DNA of 63,751 nt, the filler included, from Chiloscyllium plagiosum (taxonomy: Eukaryota): the NCBI RefSeq assembly GCF_004010195.1. It is 4 parts of 2 records of this genome, joined end to end, with 100 filler letters (N's around TTAATTAATTAA, not from the genome) between each part and the next. Parts side by side here need not be neighbours in the genome. Positions count along the whole stretch, not along the records: positions 21,500 to 43,056 come from NC_057713.1; positions 43,157 to 57,919 come from NC_057713.1; 2 more parts are not named here. One strand, 5' to 3'. Below are positions 40,248 to 50,607 of the stretch, in pieces. A model generated the notes under the pieces. It saw only the letters and a list, made by a program, of their open reading frames with translations, had not been told where the DNA came from and did not search any database. Positions within the stretch are counted from its first letter, which is position 1; each line of letters opens with the position of its first letter. The position numbers were made by a program, and so were the translations under genes.

Positions 40248-40980
40248 ACCCTTATTATACCCTTATTCTGTAGAGACTCCCTAGTATAGGTTCTCAGTCT
40301 GGCTGAAGTCTTGCGCAAACTTAAGTGTTTGAGTCTCGAGTGAATTTTGATAAAAACTGGGTCTACGATCACTGAAACGGCCGCACTAGTATCAACCTTC
40401 ATTAGAACCAGGTGACCATTTAATCAGACTTCTATTCTGATTTGGATGTAGGCAAGTAATTTAACTGTTTTAAACCAGATCCATGTGTAATTTCCAGGGT
40501 ATGCATTCTCCTGGATACCAGCCTATGAGTTCTCTTTATCCACTTAGGCCCTAGTGGGACTCTTGTGCTGTCTCGAGTCCACATACCGGCAACAACTACA
40601 ATAGCTTGCCGGCCTAGACCCTGAAGAGAATTTTTACTGCTTGGTTGAGGCTTGGCTTTGTTTTGGGTTTTGCTGCGGGTCAAATTCTGTTCAGGTTATG
40701 TCCTGAGTAAGGCTATGCAATTGCCTTTACTCAAATTGCATTTGCCAAGCTAAGTCAGACTGGTGACAGTGTCCATTTCCATCAGAATACCGTGCAACTC
40801 ATATGCTTCACTGGCGCATCTTCCAATGATAAAGCCAGTTGTATTGACTGAAGTCCAGTTGGGCTTTAGCTTGTGGGCATTTTTACATGGTTACATTGTT
40901 AACTTCACATACCAAATGGTCTCTGAGCATCACAGAGGGGTAAACAAAAATGACATGCCTCTGTCAGTCATCTTAACCGA

Positions 40981-41152
40981 CAGGTCATTCTGTTATAATG
41001 CATATTTTGTCAGTGTGAATTAGCTATAATGCGATTGATGAATTGTACACATTGTTTGGATAACATGGAATTTCTACTGAACAGGTATAGTGATTTTTTA
41101 TATTGCAAGGTTGCACAGGAACACAACTGTTGCAGTACAGAAGAAGGACCTG
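40981..41152. mobile_element. Possible old DNA-transposon MITE
   Basis: Imperfect terminal inverted repeats CAGGTCATTCT / AGAAGGACCTG. No clean TA target duplication. Confidence 0.35.
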
Positions 41153-41497
41153 CAATCAAAAATCCTGATATGGACTCCCCTGGTTCTTGAATTTCCGAGT
41201 AAAATTCATTAGAGGAAGCTTGGGTTGTAATATTCCTTAAATAAATCTGTCAACTCTTGAAAGGTTTTAGTATCTGGTACAAAGAACAAAGAAAATTTAC
41301 AGCCTAGGAACAGGCCTTTCGGCCCTCCAAGCCTGAGCTGATCCAAATCCACTGTCTAAACCTATTGCTGCAAACTTACTGATCAGTTGTGTCATCTGCA
41401 AATTGCCTGATCAGAGTAGCTCAGGGAAAGTTAGGTTCCTAATAACCAAAAAAGAACTTTGGGTCCACAAGCCTAACCCTAACCCTAACTCCATATA

Positions 41498-42689
41498 ACC
41501 CTGTCATGGTAGGCGCTGCAAGACGTATCAGAGTGTGGACATAGATACCACTATTACGTGTGGGGACACCTCCCACCTTGTACATGGCAGGTACTCATGT
41601 GACTCAGTCAACGTTCTCTATCTTACATGTTGCAGGCAAGGATGCCCTGGGGCATGGTACATTGGGGAAACTGAGCAAAGGCTATGACAACGGATGAATG
41701 GGCACCTCACAACAATCAACAGACAGGAATGTTCCCAGTTGGGGAACACTTCAGTGGTCCAGGACATTCTACTTTGGACTTTCGGGTGACCATCCTCCAA
41801 GGCGGACTTCGGGACAGGCAGCAGCGAAAAGTGGCCGAGCAGAGATTGATAGCTAAGTTCTGTACCCATAGGGAGGGCCTCAACCGGGACCTTGGGTTCA
41901 TGTCACATTACAGGTGACCACCATTGCACTATATACACACACACACACAGACACTCCTACACACACAGAGGCACTCCTATACACATGGACACACATATAC
42001 ACAGACACCCACACACACCCTTACAGACACACACACTCCCACACTCACACAGGCATCCTTTCAGAGACTTAGACCACTCTACAGTCATGCACACACACAT
42101 ACACACACACACACTCTCACAGATACTCACAATCTCCCAGACAGACATACAGACACACACAGAGACAAAGACCTACATGCACACATACATTTTGTGGGGT
42201 GAATTTGTACTTGCAGAGTTACATTGTACTTTGCTCAAAAACTGCATGAATTTATGTAAAACTCTATTATGTCACTTTTTAGATTAGAATCAATCTAAAC
42301 ATCATGGCATAGACAGAGAACACAGGGAGCTAATACCTTCAACATATTGTCTAGCTATCACCCATTGTTACAGCTAACCTGAGAATGCAACTTTTAAAAA
42401 AAGGTTTTGTGATTTACACATAAAAGAAGTGAAACTATCATGGTATTCAAACAGATGAATGACTCAACAGACAATCAAGGTATTTTTCAATGTATAATTT
42501 CAGTCACATCACACTGTAAATTTTTGCTATAAATCCTGTGCCTTACAATTGTGTCCTCCACAATCACCTGATGAAGGAGCGTCGCTCCGAAAGCTAGTGT
42601 GCTTCCAATTAAACCTGTTGGACTATAACCTGGTGTTGTGTGATTTTTAACTTTGTACACCCCAGTCCAACACCAGCATCTCCAAATCA
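41498..42689 (+). mobile_element. 5'-truncated Penelope-like element, family B (Cys-rich linker, GIY-YIG endonuclease, CA-rich 3' UTR, hammerhead terminus)
   Basis: From 41499 it translates PCHGRRCKT..YSCDSVNVLYL..C.QGC..WYIGET..L*QRMNGH, then frameshifts to PVGEHF..RKVAEQRLI..GLN. Ends in the family B terminus. Confidence 0.9.
42565..42599 (+). ncRNA. Minimal hammerhead ribozyme motif, family B, intact
   Basis: CAC-CTGATGA-A-GGAGC-GTC-GCTCC-GAAA-GCTA-GTG, downstream of a GIY-YIG ORF. Confidence 0.82.
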
Positions 42690-42787
42690 GGAGAATTACT
42701 TGTTTTCATCTCCCCCAATGTCACTTAGTCAGAAAAAGTAACTTTCCTTCTGCATAATGGACCCAGTCTTCAATGGCAGGATTACAC

Positions 42788-43490
42788 AGAACATAGAACA
42801 TAGAAAAATACAGCACAGTACAGGCCCTTTGGCCCTCGATGTTGCGCCGATCCAAGCCTACCTAACCTACACTAGCCCACTATCCTCCATATGCCTATCC
42901 AATGCCCGTTTAAATGCCCATAAAGAGGGAGAGTCCACCACTGCTACTGACAGGGCATTCCATGAACTCACGACTCATCAGGGAAACAACACACCATTCT
43001 GATTTTTCTCTGCTGGCCACAGAAACGTCTGTCTGTACCTCAGACTAGAGAATCCCNNNNNNNNNNNNNNNNNNNNNNNNNNNNNNNNNNNNNNNNNNNN
43101 TTAATTAATTAANNNNNNNNNNNNNNNNNNNNNNNNNNNNNNNNNNNNNNNNNNNNCTCAGTCACCTGCCCTGCTTTATTTCTCAAGAGTAGGTCAAGTT
43201 TTGTACCTTTTCTAGTAGGTACATCCACATACTGAATTAGAAAATTGTCTTGTACACACTTAACAAATTCCTCTCCATCTAAACCTTTAACACTATGGCA
43301 GTCCCAGTCGATGTTTGGAAAGTTAAAATCCCCTACCATAACTAACCTATTATTCTTACAGATAGCTGAGATCTCCTTACAAGTTTGTTTCTCAATTTCC
43401 CTCTGACTATTAGGGGGTCTATAATACAATCCCAATAAGATGATCATCCCTTTCTTATTTCTCAGTTCTACCCAAATAACTTCCCTAATC
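42788..43490 (-). mobile_element. CR1 fragments (3' end, ORF1 piece, endonuclease piece) around a gap
   Basis: TTCTATG tail at ~42790. 42978-43056 matches ORF1 at ~53977-54056. ORF 43109-43492 encodes LYYRPP..GDFNFP. Confidence 0.8.
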
Positions 43491-43723
43491 ATATGAAAGA
43501 ACTAAAGTCAACATGGCCATTCTAAAAGATGAAAGACTTAACAAACAATCCAGGTCTTTTTCAATATATAATTTCAGTTGCATCATACTGTAAACTTTTG
43601 TTATAAATTCTGTGTTTTACAATCTTATTCTCCACAACCACCTGATGAAGGAGCAGTGCTCTGAAAGCTAGTGCTTCCAAATAAACACGTTGGATTATAA
43701 CCTGGTGCTGTGGGATTTTTAAC
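43490..43723 (+). mobile_element. Penelope-like 3' UTR/terminus, family B, with hammerhead at 43639-43673
   Basis: Similar to 42420-42650. Contains CAC-CTGATGA-A-GGAGC-AGT-GCTCT-GAAA-GCTA-GTG. Confidence 0.8.
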
Positions 43724-46179
43724 AATATGGTTGACTCTTAACTGTCCTCTGGGCAATTAGGAATGGGCAGTATATGCTGGCCTAGTGACATCCTCATTCT
43801 GTGAATGAATAAAAAAGGAATTCCCTGAAAGTATGAGTGTAGGCCATTCTGGGCTTTTTTGATAGGGCCATCATGTATAACAGTGAAGGGGCAATGAGAA
43901 ATTTATAGCATGCAATGACTAAGCACTGTTAAGTGTACTCAGTGCTGTTTTGAATACCCCCAAAAAAAGGCATATACGGGGCGACCCACACATCCACGGA
44001 ATGTTTTCCGCGGTTTCAGTTACCCAAGGCTTACCACTGCCCAAATATATAAGGAAGCTTTCAGAACCAGAGACCGGGGGCTGCTGGGAAGGTAAATTTC
44101 CCATTTAAATAAATGGGATCCCCCCCATCCCCCATGTGTACGTGGGGACTACTATACAGCCTTGGTGACTGCATTTACACTTACCATGCTGAGGCCTAGG
44201 AAAGAAAACTGCAATTACGACAGACTTGTGATACTGGTCATTTTCATGAAATAAAAAATTAATACAGGCTTTTAAATTTAAGACTTGTGTTGAAGTAAAT
44301 AGAGAAAGTCTGTTCCCTTTAATGCGAAGTCAGTACTACAAGCTCACTGAACTTGAAGGAAAACTTGAACGACAACACATATGCAAATTTTGAGACGGGG
44401 AGAAATTCCTTTTCTCAAAGCGGTTGTAAACTGTGGAATTCACTCCCCCAGGGTGTGATGGATGCTGGGAGATTCAGTAGGTTTAATGATTATATAGACA
44501 GATTTTTAATTAGTAACAGTTTGAAGGGTTATGGAGAGCAGACAGGAAAGTGGAGTTCAGGCTGAGATGAGTTCAGCTGTGATAGTATCAAAGGTGGAGT
44601 AGGCTCGTGGGACTGAAGTACCTTCTCTTGCTCCAGGATTTTATGATTTTTTTTCTCTATTTTGAATTAATATCATAGACCAATAGGTTGCAGTGTGCCT
44701 TATGCCAGAATAAAATTGTTCCCAGGGAAAGAAAGCAGCAAATAATGTGATATTTACTCACAGACAATAAATTAAAAACTTACAAAATTGCATCAAACAT
44801 AAAAAGAAAAGAAAGCAGAATTTTTGAATACCAAACAAAATAAATCCCTATTGTTAATATCGCAAAATATTACACTAACACAATTTTCAAAATGTGAATA
44901 TATTAGGAGGTAAATCGTTAATGTTTCATTTTAATGGGCATAATTTCTTCAGACAGAACTTTAAATCAATGTTTTGCTACTCCTACCTTAGAATGCCATG
45001 AAATATTATTGCAAGGGTGAATCTGCACGCGTGCAAAAAGACAATTTGTGCACAGGTATGGAATTCTGTGATTTTGCACATGTACACATCAGATCAGTTA
45101 CACAGTCAAGCTTCTTAAAAATTTCTTTCATGGAATGTGGGCATTACTGGTATAGCTTGTTTATATTGCCAATCCTTAATTGCTAGGCCATTTCAAAGGG
45201 CAATGAAGATAACCACATTGTTGTGAATTTGGAGTCACAGACCAGGTCAGACCAAGTGAAGGTGGTAGATTTCCTTCCCTACGAGGGCATTAGTGAACCG
45301 AATGAGATTTTACGAAAATTGATGATAAGGTATATGGACAACAGACCGGCTGGTTTTGTCATAGGCCAGTGAAGATGTTAGTGTTTTAGGGCCCTGCTAG
45401 GGAAAGGGGCTAAAAATTTTTAAAATTGCAATCAGGTTTAAAAAAAAACTGCTCATTTTATTTAAATGTGAGCTGCTTATACATTCCCTTGTTAAAAGAA
45501 ATAAACAGGATGGGTGGAAGATGTAAGTTAAAGCTGCATCCCTCAAAGACGGTTTGATTTAACATGTGTGATTTCCTGATCTTCCCCCATGACGGAGGCA
45601 CACCCTCTTTTCAAGGCAATTTCTCCTCATTCTCCATAACACAGTTCAAACACTATCCTCTCCCCTCCCTACCTGAAACATGTGAATGTGGTTGCCAAGA
45701 CCATAAGCAGTCCTCTGCTTAATTTTTTTAAACTAAAAAAAATTGGAGGAGAGAATGAACTGAATCCCTTCTCTATTCTGCATCTCAGACCAATTAAATT
45801 ATCAGTGATAGAGTATAAATGAAAAAGCCCAAACACAAGAGGCACTAATCTTGCAGAACAAGGTGGGTTATTGCATGATGGGAACAGATAAGTTTAACAG
45901 TCTGACATAATTATGAAGGACTCTCTAGGACAGTTCTCAATATATCTGCTCTTTCCAATATTTATGCAGATCACTACTGCCTCGACCCAAATACCATGTG
46001 TCATCATCAGACAGGGTAGGGCTAAGTGTAACATGAATATTAGGATGTTCAGAACCATTAGTTTATTCAACACTGACACATGGAACACTTACATGGGATT
46101 TAGGTATCAGATCAAACAGGAAACTGGCAGAACATAGAATTAAAAAACTGTTGAAAGAGAACTGTGGAACTGGTTATGT

Positions 46180-47775
46180 TAGAACATAGAACTTTACAGC
46201 GCAGTACAGGCCCTTCAGCCCTCGATGTTGTGCTGACCTGTGGAACCAATCTGAAGCCCATCTAACTTACACTATTCCATTCTTGTACATATGCCTATCC
46301 AATGACCATTAAATGACCTTAAAGTTGGCGAATTTACCACTGTTGTTCCACGCCCCTCCTACTCTCTAAGAAACTACCTCTGACATCTGTCCTATATCTA
46401 TGCCCTCTCAATTTAAAGTTAAAAATCACACAACACCAGGTTATAGTCCAACAGGTTTAATTGGAAGCACACTAGCTTTCGGAGCGATGCTCCTTCATCA
46501 GGTGATTGTGGAGGGCTCGATCGTAACACAATCACCTGATGAAGGAGCGTCGCTCCGAAAGCTAGTCTGCTTCCAATTAAACCTGTTGGACTATAACCTG
46601 GTGTTGTATGATTTTTAACTTTGTACACCCCAGTCCAACACCGGCATCTCCAAATCATGACTCTCAATTTAAAGCTATGTCCCCTCGTGCTATGCATTGC
46701 CATCCGAGGAAAAAGGCTCTCCCTGTCCACCCTATCTAACCGTAATTATCATATATGTCTCAATTAAGTCACCTATCAACCTTCTTCTTGCTAACAAAAA
46801 CAGCCTCAAGTCCCTCAGCCTTTCCTTGTAAGACCTTCCCTCCAACCAGGAAACATCCTAGTAAATCTCCTCTGAACCCTTTACAAAGCTTCCATGTCCT
46901 TCCTATAATCCGGTGACCAGAACTGTACGCAATATTCCAAGTACAGCTGCACCAGAGTTTGTACAGCTGCAGCATGACCTCATGGTTCCGAAACTCAATG
47001 TCTCTACCAATAAAAGCTAACACACTGTATGCCTTCTTAACAACCCTAACAACCTGGGTGGCAACTTTAAAGGATCTATGTACATGGACACCAAGCTCTC
47101 TTTCTGCTCAACTACACGACCAAGAATCTTACCATTCGCCCAGTACTCTGCATTCCTGTTGCTCCTTCCAAAGTGAACCACCTCACATTTCTCCACATTA
47201 AACTCCATTTGCCACCTCTCAGCCCAGCTCTGCAGCTTATCTATATCTCTCTGTAACCTACAACATCCTTCGTCACTATCCACAACCCTATGTCATCCGC
47301 AGATTTACTAGCCCGTCCTTCTCTGCCCTCATCTAGGACATTTATAAAAATGACAAAAAACAGTGGACCCAAAACAGACCCTTGCAGTACCCCATTAGTA
47401 ACTGAACTCCAGGCTGAATATTTCCAATCAACCACCACCCTCTGTCGTCTTTCAGCTAGCCAATTTCTGATCCAAACCACTAAATCACCCTCAATCCCAT
47501 GACTCCATATTTTGCGCAAGAGCCTACCGTGGGGAACCTTATCAAATGCCTTACTGAAATCTATATACACCATATCAACAGCTTTACCGTCATCCACCTG
47601 TTTGGTCACCTTCTCAAAGAACTCAATACATTTTGTGAGGCATGACCTACCCTTCACAAAACCACGTTGACTATCCCTAATCAACCTATTCCTTTCTAGA
47701 TTATGACTATAAATCCTCTCTATTGTAGCCCTTTCCAACACTTTACGACAACCGAAGTAAGGCTCACAGGTCTAC
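46180..47775 (-). mobile_element. 5'-truncated CR1 LINE interrupted by a PLE foldback
   Basis: Minus-strand ORFs 46769-47741 with RT motifs; tail at ~46180. Confidence 0.9.
46419..46660 (+). mobile_element. Penelope-derived foldback mini-element, family B, with two divergent hammerheads (46470-46504 -, 46533-46567 +)
   Basis: ~95-bp inverted arms. 14-bp TSD CTCTCAATTTAAAG at 46405-46418 and 46661-46674. Confidence 0.9.
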
Positions 47776-48479
47776 GTGTTGTGAAGAGGTATAATCTCGC
47801 TCCTTCCCAACTGCACTGATGGGCATATTGTATCTAAAACATGTATGGAAATTACAGCACAGCTATGAATGGAGAAAACAACTAATTTACCCAAGATCCA
47901 CGCCAAAAAGTCCTCCCTGGAATTTCTGAGCTGAATTTTCCTGTAACTTAAATTACAATCACTTAGCTTTTAAATGTCAAGGCAGTTCTTAGGCTGTCAG
48001 CTCTTTAAGATTCTGCGTCAGCATTTTTTATAATTATTGATCAGCTTTTGCGAGTTCACGAGCTTAGCCCATATAAAAATAGAGCTATTAAAGAGTTTTC
48101 TTGCTGGTGGCAGGCAATATGCTGTTGCAGGCACAGTGCGAATTGCAATTATGTTGCAAAGAAAAACAGTTGTTACGTAGCAAATTGAAGTTATATGAAC
48201 TGCCCAAGTTTTTAAGTTTTAACGATTTAAGTGACATAACGTTTGCAACACAAGTGTGTAAGTTAAACAATTGTTGAAGTGGTCTATTGAAAAATGCTTA
48301 AACATTTGGCAACACTGAGGAAGGACCTTCACAATCCATTGAGATTCACACAAGTTACACTTCCCCGACAGCAGATATGATTCATTTTTAAACATCACTT
48401 GGCAACCAGTATTTTAGATGTGTATAATCTAAACTTAGTTGTAATCTGTTTAAGTGCTTTACCAGTTTAACAATGCTGT

Positions 48480-49805
48480 TGTGGCTAACGTTGCACCCTT
48501 GTTAAACGAGGGATTAAGGAGAAGTCTGGCAACTATAGACCTGTGAATCTGACTTTAGCAGTGAGTAAGTTGTTGGAAGTAATTCTCAAAGATAGGATTT
48601 ATATGCAGTTGGAGAGGCAAGGATTGAATAGGGATAGTCAGCACAGTTTTGTGCAAGGGAATTTGTGTCTCACAATCTTGAAGTTTTATGAGGAAATAAC
48701 TAAGAAGATTGAAGCCTTTAACAAGGTTTCACATGGTAGACTAATTATTAAAGCAATATAACAAGGGATTCAGGGTGAGCTTGCCAACTGGATTAAAAAA
48801 AACTGGCTTAACAGCAGGAGACAGGGGGTTGGTGGTGGAGGGTTGTTGTTTGGACTGGAGGCCTGTTACTAGCAGGGCTCCATAGGGAGTTGTGCTGGGT
48901 CCACTTTTGTTTGTCATTTATATAAATGATTTAGATGAAAATATAGGAGGCATGGTTAGTAAGTTTGCGATGGTGGTACAGTGGACAGTGAAGAATGTTA
49001 TCTTAGATTACAAAGGGATCTTGATCAATTGAGTCAGTGGGCTAAGGAGTAACAGATAGAGTTTAACTTGGATAAATGCAAGGTATTGCCTTTTAGTAAA
49101 ACTAACAGGGCCAGGACTTATACAATTAAAAGTAGGGCGTTGGGTAGTGTTGTAGAATAGAGGGACCTAGGGTTCAGGTACATAATTCTTTGAGGTTTGT
49201 GTCACACATGGAGAGAGTGGTTAAGAAGTCATTTAGTACACTTGCCTTCTTTGCTCGGATCTTTGAGTATAGGAGTTAGTACACCATACCAAGGTTGTAA
49301 GGAGTTGGTGAAACCTCTTCTGGAATAGTGTGTCCTGGTTGCCCTGTTACAGGAAAGATATTATTAAGCTAGAAGGGGTTCAGAAAACATTTACCAGGAT
49401 GTTGCCGGAAATGAAGGAGAGGCTGGGACTTATTTTCCTGGAACGTACAAGGTTGAGAGGTGACCTTATAGAGGTTTATAAAACTATGAGGGGTATAGGT
49501 AAAGGTGAATGGCAGGTGGAGGGCATAAAGTGGGGGATTTCAAATCTGGGGGTAGAATTTTAAGGTTAGAGGAGAAAGATTTAAAAAAGACATGGGGCGC
49601 ACTTTTTTTACATAGAGAGTGGGTCGTGTGTGGAAGTAGTGAATGGGGATGCAGTTACAATGTTTAAAAGACACTTGGATAAGTGCATGAATAAGAAATG
49701 TTTGGAGGGAGATGGGCCAAGCTAGGCAGGGGGGACGAGTTTAGTTTGGGATTATGGTCGGCATGGACTGATTGGACCAAAGGTCTGTGCTGTATGACTC
49801 TATAA
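48480..49805 (+). mobile_element. Decayed CR1 LINE (RT to tail)
   Basis: Fragmented RT motifs in ORFs 48543-48761 and 49330-49563; TATGACTCTAT tail. Confidence 0.85.
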
Positions 49806-50174
49806 CAATCCATAAATGAACATTAAATGCAAAGAGATATGAAGCATGACTCAAAGTTTTTGCACAGCTTGCCTGAGCAGTTTTCCAGGAACAAAGTATC
49901 TGATGTATTGTGAATGTACAATGTTGGAACATGCAGCTCCATTCACAAATTACCCAATTCTAAAGATTTTGCTGTCGGAGAATCATTTTGGGGCTTCTGT
50001 GGTAAAACAGAGGCAGAAATATGGAGCAAACAGCCACTTCCTGGGTGACTGCAATTTATGGCACAAATAAAGGACAACTCATGGAAGTTCATCCCATTAA
50101 TTTTAGAATACCTAACTGTTATTATCTACAAATCTTTTCACAGATAGAACCCCTACAATGTGGAAACCCCTACA

Positions 50175-50372
50175 ATTCTTTACATAGAGAGTTGTGAGAG
50201 CATGGAATGCATTGCCAGCAGCAGTTGTGGAAGCAAGGTCATTGGGGACATTTAAGAGACTACTGGACATGCATATGGTCACAGAAATTTGAGGGTGCAT
50301 ACATGAGGATCAATGGTCGGCACAACATTGTGGGCTGAAGGGCCTGTTCTGTGCTGTACTGTTCTATGTTCT
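50175..50372 (+). mobile_element. CR1 3' terminal fragment
   Basis: Encodes RVVRAWNALP..; ends with a TTCTATG tail. Confidence 0.8.
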
Positions 50373-50374
50373 CG

Positions 50375-50607
50375 ATGTCATTTGGTCCAACAAGTCCTCT
50401 GAAGAGTAACCCTCCCAGACCCATTCCCCAAACCTATTACTCTACATTTACCCCCTAATGCACCTAACCTATACATCCCTGAACACTATGGGCAATTTAG
50501 CATGAACAATTCACCTAACCTGCATATTTTTGGATTGTGGGAGAAAACCAGAGCACCTGGAAGGAATCCATGCAGACACAGGGAGAATGTGCGAACTCCA
50601 CACAAGC
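50375..50607 (-). mobile_element. Partial HE1-type V-SINE
   Basis: V-domain and tail present; head missing at the junction with the CR1. Confidence 0.75.

Larger units (their letters stand above)
38400..40900 (-). pseudogene. Decayed Gypsy LTR-retrotransposon gag-pol (protease and RT), interrupted by a PLE and a SINE
   Basis: Minus-strand ORFs MKVDTSAAVSVI (aspartic protease), EWAA..VP.VKP.GSV..YGDFK..VN..L..DKYP.P.IEDL..KL..FTKLD (RT) and IYLDD. No LTRs recognised. Confidence 0.82.

Noticed and set aside
41892..42287. His/Thr-rich and Cys/Val-rich ORFs
   Set aside because: Translations of the CA-rich microsatellite in the PLE 3' UTR.
42978..43490. CR1 ORF1 and endonuclease pieces in the wrong order (also a stray piece at 21500-21527)
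   Set aside because: Both abut artificial gap spacers, so misassembly is the simplest explanation.
34688..46660. Palindromic repeats resembling CRISPR repeats or classical MITEs
   Set aside because: No repeat-spacer periodicity and no cas genes. The arms match the terminus of the GIY-YIG-encoding element at 41498-42689, and the ends are asymmetric, unlike true TIRs.
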